64,000 nucleotides of DNA. It comes from a virus. Lineage: Duplodnaviria > Caudoviricetes. Shown piece by piece: positions 19,280 to 29,695 of this stretch; position 1 is the stretch's first letter; each line of letters starts with the position of its first letter. The notes below the pieces were generated by a model. That model saw only the letters and a list, made by a program, of their open reading frames with translations, had not been told where the DNA came from and did no database searches. The position numbers and the translations under genes were made by a program. The DNA is taken from IMG/VR virus record IMGVR_UViG_3300001528_000580, positions 192,001-256,000 of that record; one strand, 5' to 3'.

Positions 19280-19526
19280 GAAATTTTTTGTAGCAATTTC
19301 AATTATACTTATACTATTAGGCATGTTTTGCCCTTTATTAACACATATAATTAGTGGAAAAGAGAGAGCAAAAACAACTACAAATATAAACATTGAAAAC
19401 ACAAGTAGAAATATAAAGAAAGATAATATAATTGATAATGAAATTGCTGAAAAGTTAAATTTATTAGAAGGTAAAGATTGCAAATATATTGTAGTTATAA
19501 TTGTTGACAAAGATAAAAAGGATTAA
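19272..19526 (+). CDS. small membrane-anchored protein
   Basis: N-terminal hydrophobic helix. Confidence 0.6.
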   Translation: MIKKFFVAISIILILLGMFCPLLTHIISGKERAKTTTNINIENTSRNIKKDNIIDNEIAEKLNLLEGKDCKYIVVIIVDKDKKD

Positions 19527-19528
19527 TA

Positions 19529-19915
19529 ATGGATATAACTGACCATGATATAAATTTATTAGTTCCAAATTATGAATTATGTTTAAAATTAAATGAAACT
19601 GGTCTTTTTGTAAACAGTAAATTATCTGTAAAAAAAGAAGATAATGATATTTATTATTTTGATAGAGAAAATCAAGATAATATTTGCGCTCCAATGTTAT
19701 GCGAAATATTAGAAATATTATTTGAAATTTCAGGAAGAAATAATATACATTTAGATATGATGATGTTTGGAACAAAATGCAATACAATAAAATTAGATAC
19801 ATTCAATCCATATTTTTTTCAGGATAAAAACATTCATACTTATTTTAATGGGAAAGGTACATTTTTTGAATCTATTTGTAATGTTTTGTTAACAACTTTT
19901 GAGGAATTAAAATGA
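19529..19915 (+). CDS. hypothetical phage protein
   Basis: ELCLKLNETG...APMLCEILE pattern; AAGGA RBS. Confidence 0.65.
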   Translation: MDITDHDINLLVPNYELCLKLNETGLFVNSKLSVKKEDNDIYYFDRENQDNICAPMLCEILEILFEISGRNNIHLDMMMFGTKCNTIKLDTFNPYFFQDKNIHTYFNGKGTFFESICNVLLTTFEELK

Positions 19916-20589
19916 AAAAGTTAAAGTTAATATTTATTATTCAACTGTATTTTTTATTTGTTTTTTGTTTTGGTAATGATGTTGTAGAATATTATCAAAA
20001 TGAGGCAACTAAATATGGATTTAAATTAGTTGAAAAAGTGGAAGAGCCTAAACAATTAAATATAAGAAAGTTGAGCAAAAAAGAATTAATAGAGCATTGG
20101 AATAAATTATTTGAATTATTAAAAAAATATGATATAGATTTCAAAAGATTTAAAATAAATAGTGTTTCAATGGTTAAATCAATAAAACATAATGGTGATA
20201 AACATTTTGGATATAAAATAAAAAATGATATTTATTTAACTGAAGAATGGTTAGATTTTGTGTTTTTTCATGAAATATATCATATAGTGGATGATGGTTA
20301 TAATAATGATGAATGGGAAAAACTTAATAACAAGAGATTTAAATATTCAGATAGACCATCAAAAAAATTTGTTCAAGATTTTGTTAGAGAATATTCACAA
20401 ACAGATATAAAAGAAGATAAAGCAGATGTATTTGCTATTCTTATTACAAATGGTAAAAAGTTTTTAGAACGTCATAAAAATAATATGATTATGAATAAAA
20501 AAATAAAATTTATCATTAATGAAACAATAGAAAATAATTTAGTTTCAAAAGAATTTTGGGAAAAACATCTTGAAATAAAAATTGATTAA
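19912..20589 (+). CDS. putative exported zinc metallopeptidase (HExxH)
   Basis: Signal-like N-terminus; FFHEIYH and FVREYSQTDIKEDKAD. Confidence 0.7.
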   Translation: MKKLKLIFIIQLYFLFVFCFGNDVVEYYQNEATKYGFKLVEKVEEPKQLNIRKLSKKELIEHWNKLFELLKKYDIDFKRFKINSVSMVKSIKHNGDKHFGYKIKNDIYLTEEWLDFVFFHEIYHIVDDGYNNDEWEKLNNKRFKYSDRPSKKFVQDFVREYSQTDIKEDKADVFAILITNGKKFLERHKNNMIMNKKIKFIINETIENNLVSKEFWEKHLEIKID

Positions 20590-20692
20590 TAATATTTTTA
20601 AAAGATTTTATATAAATTTTTTATATTTTTTCATTTTTCGAGTTGCATTTTTAAATTTTTAAGCTATATTATATTTATTGAAAGAAAAGCAT

Positions 20693-20769
20693 GGTCTGGT
20701 AGCTCAACTGGATAGAGCAACTGCCTTCTAAGCAGTAGGTCGTGGGTTCGAGTCCCGCCCAGACTACCA
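20693..20769 (+). tRNA. tRNA-Arg(TCT)
   Basis: Canonical cloverleaf, loop CTTCTAA, ACCA end. Confidence 0.95.
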
Positions 20770-20804
20770 ATTTTTTAAATATAAATCTAAGGAGATATGT
20801 AAAA

Positions 20805-21251
20805 ATGAAGTGGAATATTGCAAGAGCATTGAAAGAAAAAACTCGTATTGTTTCAAAGATTAATATTATTGATTCATTGATCAAAGAAGAAAATTCAATT
20901 GAAGAAGGAAATAGTCGTTCATGTGATATTATTGAAAAAGTATCACAGAGAATGGAATTGATGGAATATTTGATTAAATTGAAAACTGCAATTTCAGTAG
21001 CAAATGCAGGTATTGCTGATAAGTTAAATCGTATGGCAGAATTGAAGGGTTTATTGATCTTTTATAAATCATTGAATTGTCGTGAGGGACAATTTGTAAA
21101 TAGATACGATTCAAATTCCGATAAAACTGTTATTACCGCTGTTATTCATAAGCAAGATGCAGCAAAAAAAGTTGAAGAAATCCAAATTGAAATTGATAAG
21201 TTGCAGGATGAAATTGATGATTTTAATGCAATAACTTTGATTGAAGTTTAA
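20805..21251 (+). CDS. DIP1984/DUF6847-like coiled-coil protein
   Basis: IARALKEK...LKTAISVAN...KLQDEIDDFNAITLIEV; AAGGAG RBS before ATG 20805. Confidence 0.7.
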   Translation: MKWNIARALKEKTRIVSKINIIDSLIKEENSIEEGNSRSCDIIEKVSQRMELMEYLIKLKTAISVANAGIADKLNRMAELKGLLIFYKSLNCREGQFVNRYDSNSDKTVITAVIHKQDAAKKVEEIQIEIDKLQDEIDDFNAITLIEV

Positions 21252-21261
21252 AAAAATATTT

Positions 21262-21477
21262 GAATCTCTAATTTTAGTATTGATATTGTTTGATGTAGTT
21301 TCTTAATGAACTCCATTATGGGGTTTGATTAGGTTCACAGCCAAATCTTCTAAAGCATAGATAGTGATTGTGTATTATAAAATTTAAAATTTGGTTGATT
21401 AAAATTTAAAAATTAAGTTTTAAAACTTAAAAATTTGTTGAAACTATTCTACAGTTGATAGAAAAAATTAGAGATTC
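21262..21477 (+). ncRNA. putative structured RNA with 7-nt periodic repeats
   Basis: Perfect 14-bp closing stem GAATCTCTAATTTT/AAAATTAGAGATTC, inner TAGTTTC/GAAACTA, small hairpins, seven TAAAATT-like heptamers at 21378-21434. Confidence 0.6.
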
Positions 21478-21595
21478 TTTTTATTAATTTTTTGAATATT
21501 TTTCATATGGTAGCTGATAAATTCATTTTGGTTATGCCGTTCTAAATAACCAAATAATATGAATATCAGTGTTAACAAAAAAACAAAGGAGCCAT

Positions 21596-22906
21596 ATGAA
21601 TTACGTAATTGATACAAGTACTATTTTGTATAACTGGAATTCTTTAAGATCTTTCCCAAATGAAAATATTATAATACCTTATCAGGTTTTAAATGATTTG
21701 GATAGATTTAAAACAGATTTCGGTGAAGTTGGAGATAATGCAAGAGCGGCATGTAATTTTATTTGTAAATATGTTAATTCAAGTGAAAAGTTTACATTTA
21801 AAAAAATCTTCAAACTTGATAACGGAAGTAGATTGTTTTTATGGGAACCAGTAGAAGGAGTTGATTCAGACGGAAAAATTCTTAATACAGTAAAAAGTGT
21901 ACAAGAAAGATATCCAAAAGAAGAAATAATCCTAGTAACCAAGAAAACAAGTTTTAGATTATTGGCTCATGGTCAAAAAATTCAGTCAATTGATTTTAAC
22001 GATGTAGGAGAATTTGAGGATAAATCAGGTTGGCAATATGTTGAATTTAGTGCTGATGATTTTTCAAGAGTAAATACAACTATTGGATCTTTATATTATG
22101 ATGAAAAATTTAAAGATTTTGTAAAAAATAGTTATATTGTTCCTACCTGTGAAGGTAAGCCATACGAAGGAGTTGTTTATCGAGTTTTAGGAGATGGTCA
22201 TTTAAAAGTAATTGATAGAAAACCACATTCTTGTGGTATTGTTCCTAAAAATCTTGAGCAAATGATGTCATTTGACTTATTGATGAATGATTCTGTTCCG
22301 TTGTGTGCTCTTGTTGCAAAAGCTGGAACTGGAAAAACATTAATGGCTATTGCCAGCGCATTGCAAAAAGTTCTTGTAGAGAAAGAATATAGAAAATTAG
22401 TTATTACAAGACCAGTAGTACCAATTGGTAGAGATATTGGATTTTTACCAGGTGATATGGAAGATAAAATGGAACAATGGCTATTACCATTTTGGAATAA
22501 CATTGAATATATTAGTTCAATAAATAATGACGCAGGAAAAAGAAAATTTTCTAAGGAAAAATTAAATATGCTTCTTGACAAAGAAGCAAGAAAAGAATTA
22601 ATACAGATATTACCAATTACTTATATGAGAGGTAGTAGTATATCAAATGCTTATATTATTATAGATGAAGCTCAAAATACTACACCAAATGAAATGAAAA
22701 CTATTATTACTCGTATTGGAGAAGGAAGTAAATTAGTTTTAACAGGTGATATTGAACAAATAGACGATAGATTTCTTAGTAAAGAATGCAATGGATTAAC
22801 TATGGCAGTTCAGAAATTTTATGGTAAAGATTTATTTGGATTTGTTAAGTTAGAAAAATCTGAAAGATCTCCATTATCTGAATTAGCGAATAGTATTTTG
22901 TTTTAA
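21596..22906 (+). CDS. phoH: PIN-domain / PhoH-family ATPase (PhoH2/YlaK-like)
   Basis: YVIDTS PIN start; AKAGTGKT, GFLPGD, YMRGSS, IIDEAQN, TGDIEQID, ERSPLS. Confidence 0.93.
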   Translation: MNYVIDTSTILYNWNSLRSFPNENIIIPYQVLNDLDRFKTDFGEVGDNARAACNFICKYVNSSEKFTFKKIFKLDNGSRLFLWEPVEGVDSDGKILNTVKSVQERYPKEEIILVTKKTSFRLLAHGQKIQSIDFNDVGEFEDKSGWQYVEFSADDFSRVNTTIGSLYYDEKFKDFVKNSYIVPTCEGKPYEGVVYRVLGDGHLKVIDRKPHSCGIVPKNLEQMMSFDLLMNDSVPLCALVAKAGTGKTLMAIASALQKVLVEKEYRKLVITRPVVPIGRDIGFLPGDMEDKMEQWLLPFWNNIEYISSINNDAGKRKFSKEKLNMLLDKEARKELIQILPITYMRGSSISNAYIIIDEAQNTTPNEMKTIITRIGEGSKLVLTGDIEQIDDRFLSKECNGLTMAVQKFYGKDLFGFVKLEKSERSPLSELANSILF

Positions 22907-22944
22907 TATAACAAAAAAGTTTTTGGGAAGAAAGGTACTTCTCA

Positions 22945-23411
22945 AAAAACGCTTGAAAAAAATATTTCTTGTGTTATATTACAATTGTAATAAGAAAATG
23001 TAATAACATGGTGCTATTATATTTTTAAGCTATAATATTTTATTAAAAGAAAAAACATGGTCTCTATTTTAAAAAAGGATAAATAAAAATGACAGAAAAA
23101 CAAGCAGATCAGAAGTTTCAAGAACTACAATCGTGGTTTAATACAGTTGGTTGTCCGGAAACCTATCTCAGTGATGGTGAATATGAAAGTTCTTCTGTTG
23201 CAACTATTTTTGGAAATGGATTTCCAAGCGAATGTTTAGTAACACCACCACAAAATATCAAAAAGATCATCAAAGAATTGAAAAGGTTCTATGATGAAAT
23301 GGAATAACAAGGTGCTTCCAAAAAATATTATAAAAAACGCTTGAAAAAAATATTTCTTGTGTTATATTATAGTTGTAACAAGAAAAGTAGTGACATGGTG
23401 TTATTACATTT
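22945..23411 (+). repeat. duplicated ~80-bp promoter plus leader-hairpin block (about 22945-23023 and 23333-23411)
   Basis: AAAAAACGCTTGAAAAAAATATTTCTTGTGTTATATTA identical in both copies, each followed by a hairpin with a TGG loop. Confidence 0.8.
23089..23307 (+). CDS. hypothetical protein
   Basis: AAGGA RBS; lies between the duplicated promoters. Confidence 0.7.
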   Translation: MTEKQADQKFQELQSWFNTVGCPETYLSDGEYESSSVATIFGNGFPSECLVTPPQNIKKIIKELKRFYDEME

Positions 23412-23437
23412 GATAATTTATAAACTAAGGAGTAAAA

Positions 23438-24649
23438 ATGAATTTTGAAACTGCATTGAAAATTTATAAAGAACCTGATAATAAGGGATATAAGGTTGTT
23501 CAATTTGCAAAAGATGTTCAAAATGGTACATTTACATTTACAAGTGCAATTGAAATGAAAAAACTATTTTCCCAAATGTTGAATACAAATTATTCAAAGT
23601 ATGTTTATGTGAGTAAAAGCGTTGGTTTGTATGAAAATACAATTTTCAAGCTCGGTTTAAGTTTTTTTAATAGTGTTGAAAAAATCGACAAATTTTTTGA
23701 AGATAATAAAAAACAAGATAAAAAATGTTCATGTTGTAATTCTAACAATAATGTTGCAAATTTTTGTTTCCGTTCAGGTATGCGCCGTATAGTTGAAACA
23801 GAAAATTTTGACAAAGAATTTATTGAAATTTGTCGTAAAGCAAAATTTGCTGTTAACGCTAATGATCATGGAGTTGCTTATATTTGTCGTAAATGTTTTA
23901 CTAAAATATTGACAAAAGCATATATCAATTTTAATAACATTAGTGTTGACGCTATTAAGGGAGAAATGAGCGATTTACTTATAAAAAGTAAAGCTATTGT
24001 AGAAAATTCAAATAAAAATGGCAATGGTTGCCTTGATGTAAATAAAGAATATAAAAAGGAGTCAAAAGGTATGAACGAAAAGTTTGCAAAAATTAACAAT
24101 GTTACAACTGCCACTGATGGACAGCTTGCAATCGTAAAGGACGGAGTAGCTTATATTCTAACAGAGGATAATCAGTTGGTTGCAGTAGCGGCTAGCGTTA
24201 CTCCTGATAGGGCTTATGCAAGTATTCGTGTAGTTGCAAATGATGTAAAGGAAAGAGATATTGTTCTTGATCCTTGTAATGGTAATCCAGTTTTTGTTGA
24301 AAAAACAGAAGGAACACGTATTACTTTTAGGGATGTAATCAATGCTACTTCTGTAGTAAGAGATTTTGTTCCTGATGAGATCACTGGTGAAGCAACTGTC
24401 ACCAAGTTGATTTCTGTTATTAAGCTCGTTCGTAGCAATAGAAATGTTCTTCCCATTATCAATAGATATGGTAAGGATACAGTATTTGAAGTAATGGTAA
24501 ATCAGTATCTCAGTTATGGAGATGTTGATGCAACCAGAATTGAAGCAGAAATCAATCCGACTATGATTCAGTTGGATATGACAAGGTCGATGAAGAACAT
24601 GACCGATAAGGTTGGTGAACTTGTCGATAAGTTAGGAGATAAAGAATAA
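23438..24649 (+). CDS. hypothetical protein with Cys pairs
   Basis: 403 aa, CSCC and CRKC; AAGGAG RBS. Confidence 0.75.
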   Translation: MNFETALKIYKEPDNKGYKVVQFAKDVQNGTFTFTSAIEMKKLFSQMLNTNYSKYVYVSKSVGLYENTIFKLGLSFFNSVEKIDKFFEDNKKQDKKCSCCNSNNNVANFCFRSGMRRIVETENFDKEFIEICRKAKFAVNANDHGVAYICRKCFTKILTKAYINFNNISVDAIKGEMSDLLIKSKAIVENSNKNGNGCLDVNKEYKKESKGMNEKFAKINNVTTATDGQLAIVKDGVAYILTEDNQLVAVAASVTPDRAYASIRVVANDVKERDIVLDPCNGNPVFVEKTEGTRITFRDVINATSVVRDFVPDEITGEATVTKLISVIKLVRSNRNVLPIINRYGKDTVFEVMVNQYLSYGDVDATRIEAEINPTMIQLDMTRSMKNMTDKVGELVDKLGDKE

Positions 24650-24661
24650 CAAGGAGAATAC

Positions 24662-24955
24662 ATGGAAAAAGAAGTTTTTGTAGATGGTGTAGGGCAGATA
24701 CACTTTACAGGTGGAATGATTCGCCTTGACTTCATAACCATTCAGCCAAATGGTGAAAATGGTGAAGATGTTAAGCCAGAAGTTAAAGAGCGTGTTATTA
24801 TGACACCTCAAGGTTTCTTGAGTGTATATGGTACTATGAATCAGTTGATTGAAAAATTGGTTGAAAATGGAGTTTTAGGAAGAAAGGATGAAGCAATTGT
24901 AGAATCCGTTCCAGAAACAAAACCAACGACTAAGCGTAAGTCAACAAAGAAGTGA
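24662..24955 (+). CDS. conserved bacterial-type hypothetical protein
   Basis: FVDGVGQIHFTGGMIRLDF...RVIMTPQGFL...QLIEKL; strong RBS and downstream terminator. Confidence 0.75.
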   Translation: MEKEVFVDGVGQIHFTGGMIRLDFITIQPNGENGEDVKPEVKERVIMTPQGFLSVYGTMNQLIEKLVENGVLGRKDEAIVESVPETKPTTKRKSTKK

Positions 24956-25024
24956 TAAACTTCAATACCATGATGATTGTATAAATATGATCATCATGGT
25001 ATTTTTTTTAAAAAGGATTAATCT

Positions 25025-25453
25025 ATGTCAGAAAAAAACCTATATGATAATATTCTAATTGAAGATTGTGGTGTATTTGTCAATGGTGATTTTTATCCAT
25101 TTATTTCATTCTCAAAGATTAGTAAAGTATCAGAAATATATAATGATGAAACACAATATTGGGGTTATACTTATAAAAGATCTGGATATGAATTTTATAT
25201 AAAACTAAATAATAAAAGCTGTATTGAATTATCGTTGGAATTAACATGTAATCAATACATTAATTATACAAAAAAGTTTTTATTTATTGAACAAGATGCG
25301 AGAAAATTGAATCCAGAGTATGATAAATTTTTTGATAATGTAAAGAAAAAAGTTGAAAATAACAGAAAAGCAGCAATATTGTTGCATGATGAATTGACAG
25401 AAAGATATATTCAATGGGACAAGAGCCATCGAATAGAAATTGGTACAAAATGA
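25025..25453 (+). CDS. hypothetical protein
   Basis: ORF with AAGGA RBS. Confidence 0.65.
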   Translation: MSEKNLYDNILIEDCGVFVNGDFYPFISFSKISKVSEIYNDETQYWGYTYKRSGYEFYIKLNNKSCIELSLELTCNQYINYTKKFLFIEQDARKLNPEYDKFFDNVKKKVENNRKAAILLHDELTERYIQWDKSHRIEIGTK

Positions 25454-26334
25454 TAAATAAAGAGTTAATCATGCAGATAAGTGAAACTATAATTCAAAAT
25501 TCACTGAATATAAGTGGAAAATTACCTCCTAATATTGGTGGGGGGTGGAGTAGTTCTAATTATAAAGTTAATGAATTTATCAAAAGAGCAAGGAATATTG
25601 GTATTATATTTGAAAAACAAAATGGTGGACATTACAAAGCAGTAGCTAGAGATTATCCTGTTAACGATACATTAACCATTAGTTTGCATAGACCTACAAC
25701 AGATGGCGCTAAAGATATGATAAGATATATGACCAAATATAATATTATACGACTAGGATATTATATTTCAGAATTATCTTTTGATATTGGTAAAAAATTT
25801 AGTGAACATGAAAATAAATTGTTTGAGCTAAATGACAATCTGGATTTTGATTTTTTATTAAGAATTGATAAAAAAATAAATAGAAAAAAAGTATTAGACT
25901 ATACAAAAACTTGCTTTTTGTTATGTGAAAAGTTTGATTTTCAATATCTAGTAGATAATACAATTGAAAATCATAAAAAGAATATTAAATTATCCTTTGC
26001 TTATGAAAAGCAATATGATAAGTATAAATTAATAAAATTTCATAATACTAATGATGTAAAAATAATATTTGGAGATATATATTATTTTGTAAATGATTAT
26101 AATATTAAAGATTGGACTTTTGTATTGAAATATAATAAACCATATGGTATAATTGGCTTGAAACATGGTATATTGTTAAATATAAAAGGAGAAAATTTTG
26201 TTAAATTAGATGAAGAACTATTAAATATTATAGTAAATATTGCTAAAGAAATAAACCTAGTTGATAATTTAACTATTGGTGATTTTGATAGTTTTTCTGA
26301 ACAACTTATTTCTATTTTATTTGAAGAAAATTGA
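25450..26334 (+). CDS. hypothetical protein with possible HicA-like segment
   Basis: GIIFEKQNGGHYKAV...TISLH; ATGA coupling at 25450. Confidence 0.5.
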   Translation: MINKELIMQISETIIQNSLNISGKLPPNIGGGWSSSNYKVNEFIKRARNIGIIFEKQNGGHYKAVARDYPVNDTLTISLHRPTTDGAKDMIRYMTKYNIIRLGYYISELSFDIGKKFSEHENKLFELNDNLDFDFLLRIDKKINRKKVLDYTKTCFLLCEKFDFQYLVDNTIENHKKNIKLSFAYEKQYDKYKLIKFHNTNDVKIIFGDIYYFVNDYNIKDWTFVLKYNKPYGIIGLKHGILLNIKGENFVKLDEELLNIIVNIAKEINLVDNLTIGDFDSFSEQLISILFEEN

Positions 26335-26422
26335 ATTTTTTATAAAAAATCACTTGATTTTTTTTATATTTAGTGTATATTAACTTTGTAGCAATAAAAA
26401 AGCTATGTGTTATTTGAAAATT

Positions 26423-26848
26423 GGGGTTGTATAGGATTCGACTGATACGTTGGATTTACTTGTGCATGTAGTAGTTGATCAGTTGGCTACTTTAAAAGCT
26501 GATCAAAAAATAATTGTCGAAGATAATTATGCTCTTGCCGCTTAATTAAAGTGGCACACGAAACTGATGATGCTAATAGTCAGGAGTATGTGAAATTATT
26601 AGCTTTGTTCGGTAACTGAAAGTCTGTTCCTAAGTTGATGAATACCGACAAGATGAACGTAGGAACCTCTGATGCTAAGAATTCTGAAATTTCATAGACT
26701 TAGCAGAAAAAAGATATGAATATTCTTGTCATAGAAGAAAAACAATGATATTCTTGTCAAGAGAATTAAAACATTTGGCTAAACATGTGAATGAACAATA
26801 ATGAAAATTTATCAACACGGGAGGTTCAATTCCTCCCCAGCTCCACCA
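26423..26848 (+). ncRNA. ssrA: tmRNA
   Basis: GGGGTTG...GGATTCGAC 5' end, G3-U acceptor pair, PK1, tag frame GTC...GCT TAA (26516-26545) = VEDNYALAA, T-arm and CTCCACCA 3' end. Confidence 0.95.
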
Positions 26849-26862
26849 TTATAAATATTTCA

Positions 26863-26900
26863 AGCCATAATTTGTAGCACAAATTATGGCTTTTTATTTG
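26863..26900 (+). terminator. intrinsic terminator after tmRNA
   Basis: AGCCATAATTT/AAATTATGGCT plus T-tract. Confidence 0.8.
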
Positions 26901-27008
26901 ATTTTTTATAGTTCTATGCTATATTATTATATAAGAACAAATTATGAATAACAACAATTAAAAGAAAATAATTATATCAGATCAAAAAGAATTATATAGG
27001 AGTATCAT

Positions 27009-27314
27009 ATGAATATAATCTATCAAAAAGATATGTTGGAAAAAGCTATTACAGCTACATTTAATAAAATTAACAATAAATATCTAAGATTTTTAAATGA
27101 TGTATATAATTATATTGAAGAATGTGCATCAGAAGGTTATACAGCCGTTACTTTTTATGAAGAGATAACAGGTGGTGGACGTATTATTAGATTTAATAAC
27201 GATATTATTTATATAATTAAACTTAATTATTATTGGGATTGGCTTCATCTGTTAAGATATACTGGATTTAAAATAGATCTTCGTAATGATTCTATTAATG
27301 TTTCATGGCAATGA
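27009..27314 (+). CDS. hypothetical protein
   Basis: AGGAG RBS. Confidence 0.65.
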   Translation: MNIIYQKDMLEKAITATFNKINNKYLRFLNDVYNYIEECASEGYTAVTFYEEITGGGRIIRFNNDIIYIIKLNYYWDWLHLLRYTGFKIDLRNDSINVSWQ

Positions 27315-27380
27315 ATGTATATAAATAAAATGCAGAATATATAAATATCTTATGACTAACTATTATAAGGAATAATAAAT

Positions 27381-27737
27381 ATGCCATTTTCAAATGAAAA
27401 AGCATTAGAACTTATTTCTACAATTAATTCTTTAATGGAAAGTAAACATGTTAAGATATTAAAATTTTTAGCTAATGATATAAAAAAGGAAGTTAGTGAT
27501 GATTTAAATATTACAATTTACGATCAACTAAATGAATATATTTCATTTTTAAGAATTAAAAAGGATTGTTTAACTTTTGATATTTTTGTAGGAATGGTTA
27601 CAGAAAATTCTATTTTAATTTGCATGTTTTATGCTTCTAAAAGTAAACTTGTTTGGTCAAATGTTTATAATAATTATGGAGAAGCATGTAGAAACAAATA
27701 TGAGTATCTTCCTATTATTAGAAGATTATTTTTATAA
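27381..27737 (+). CDS. hypothetical protein
   Basis: AAGGA RBS. Confidence 0.65.
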   Translation: MPFSNEKALELISTINSLMESKHVKILKFLANDIKKEVSDDLNITIYDQLNEYISFLRIKKDCLTFDIFVGMVTENSILICMFYASKSKLVWSNVYNNYGEACRNKYEYLPIIRRLFL

Positions 27738-27789
27738 GTTATTGAACTATAATTTTATAAAAAACTCTTTATAAAAAGAGGTTTTTATT

Positions 27790-28164
27790 ATGGCTGTTAT
27801 AGTATTTTGGATTGTAATTATAGGATTACCATTGCTAGTTATTTTAAATTTGATATATATATCAAGTAAAATAAAGCGATTAACTAATCTTACAAAGAAG
27901 CATCAATTTGATATTTGCTATTTATGTAATGCTACAAGCAAAATAGCAATAAAGCAAAAGCTATTATTTTGTATGATGTTATTGTTTAATAAAGATACTC
28001 ATGAATATGGAATAAAGAATATGAATAAATTTTTCGATATTCCAGATGAAATTTTAGATAATAAAGAATATTTAATAGATTTTTTTGAAAAACTATCTCA
28101 AGAAGATTCATTTGGTATTTCAATAAGGAATGGTAAATATCATTTTGAATTTAGAAATAGGTAA
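27790..28164 (+). CDS. hypothetical membrane-anchored protein
   Basis: N-terminal TM helix; layout like 15587..15982. Confidence 0.6.
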   Translation: MAVIVFWIVIIGLPLLVILNLIYISSKIKRLTNLTKKHQFDICYLCNATSKIAIKQKLLFCMMLLFNKDTHEYGIKNMNKFFDIPDEILDNKEYLIDFFEKLSQEDSFGISIRNGKYHFEFRNR

Positions 28165-28217
28165 CAAAATTTATTAAATAAAAAAGTAAATTACATAAAT
28201 TTTAAAGGAAAAATAAT

Positions 28218-29201
28218 ATGTATAATTGCGAATTGTGTGGTTGTGATACAGAAGATGATTTAAAAATAAATAAAGTGTATCAATTAACATTTAACGGAAA
28301 ATCATATCAGCAAGATTTTAAATCAGTTCCTATTTGTCGAGAATGTATTAAAAAGATATCATGTTATACTTGTGGTTGTAAATATTTTCTATTTCTTGAC
28401 GAAGATAATAAACCATATTGTAGAACTCATAGATTAAATTCTTCAGCAACTTGTCCTGCTTGTGGAGAAAAGAAAAAATTTCGTCATGTTTATTTAGGAA
28501 GTTGTTATCCTAAAATTCAAAGTTATTGGTTTAAACCTGTTCCAAAATTTAAAGGAAATGATGATTTATATTTTGGAATTGAATTAGAGGTAGGTGGTGC
28601 AAAGAGCAAATTTAATATTCTAAATTTTATGAAAGATGTTAAAAAAGTAACTGATTTAATATATTTTAAACGTGATGGTAGTATTAATAATTATGGTGTT
28701 GAAGCAGTAAGTCATCCAGCCACATACGAATTTCACAACAATAGTGATATATGGAATAATGTTTTTGTTAGTTTAAATAAAAATGAAATTCCAGAAGATT
28801 CAAGTTGCGGATTGCATGTTCATGTTAGTAAAAGAAATTTATCAAATAAACAAATCGCATGTATTGATGCATTTGTTAATACACAAGATGAATTTATTCG
28901 TGAAATAGCTGGTAGAGAATTAAATAGATATTGTAAAAAAATAATTAAAGAAACAAATGAATGGGGAGTTTCACATAGTAGTTTTTTAAATTCAGGAAGA
29001 TATAATAGCGTTAATTTAACAAATCCAAATACAATAGAATATAGAATGTTTGCAAGTACAAATGATTATAATGTATTTATGAATAGATTGAAATTTGCAA
29101 GAAATTTAACTTTGTTTTGTAAAGATAAGGAATTATCAGAAGTATTAGAAAAAGATCATATTTTAAGAAAGTTTCAAGAATTTTCTTCTCAAGTATGTTA
29201 A
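28218..29201 (+). CDS. amidoligase (COOH-NH2 ligase, Amidoligase_2-like) with N-terminal CxxC array
   Basis: FGIELEV, KRDGSI, EAVSHP, CGLHVHVS, RYNSVN, TIEYRMF. Confidence 0.85.
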   Translation: MYNCELCGCDTEDDLKINKVYQLTFNGKSYQQDFKSVPICRECIKKISCYTCGCKYFLFLDEDNKPYCRTHRLNSSATCPACGEKKKFRHVYLGSCYPKIQSYWFKPVPKFKGNDDLYFGIELEVGGAKSKFNILNFMKDVKKVTDLIYFKRDGSINNYGVEAVSHPATYEFHNNSDIWNNVFVSLNKNEIPEDSSCGLHVHVSKRNLSNKQIACIDAFVNTQDEFIREIAGRELNRYCKKIIKETNEWGVSHSSFLNSGRYNSVNLTNPNTIEYRMFASTNDYNVFMNRLKFARNLTLFCKDKELSEVLEKDHILRKFQEFSSQVC

Positions 29202-29281
29202 TATAATTTTATTTTAAAATAGAAGTAGATTTTTATTTACTTCTATTTTTTTATTTTTTTATATTTTAAAAAGGAGTTAAA

Positions 29282-29695
29282 ATGAAAATATTTTTAGGTG
29301 GAACAGTTGGTAGTATTGATTGGCGCAAACCATTAATGAAATTATTTGATAAATATGGTATTGATTATTTTGATCCAGTATTACCAGAAGGAGAAGATTG
29401 GACAGAAGAATCAAGAATTAATGAAGAAACACAGAAGAAAACTTGTAATATTCATCTATATGTAATTACTCCTGAAATGAAAGGTATATATAGCATAGCC
29501 GAAATTGTTCAATCTTCAAATGATAGATATAATGATACTATTGTTTGTTTTTTAGATAACTATCATGGATTAAATTTTTCAGAACACCAACACAATAATT
29601 TTGTTGCTATATCAACTCTTCTAATAAATAATCCTAACACTTATATATTTTTTAATCTAAAGGATACAATAAATAAAATTTTTGAAAATTTCTAA
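29282..29695 (+). CDS. nucleoside 2-deoxyribosyltransferase-like protein
   Basis: KIFLGGT, DWR, YFDPV, YVITPEMKGIYSIAE. Confidence 0.75.
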   Translation: MKIFLGGTVGSIDWRKPLMKLFDKYGIDYFDPVLPEGEDWTEESRINEETQKKTCNIHLYVITPEMKGIYSIAEIVQSSNDRYNDTIVCFLDNYHGLNFSEHQHNNFVAISTLLINNPNTYIFFNLKDTINKIFENF

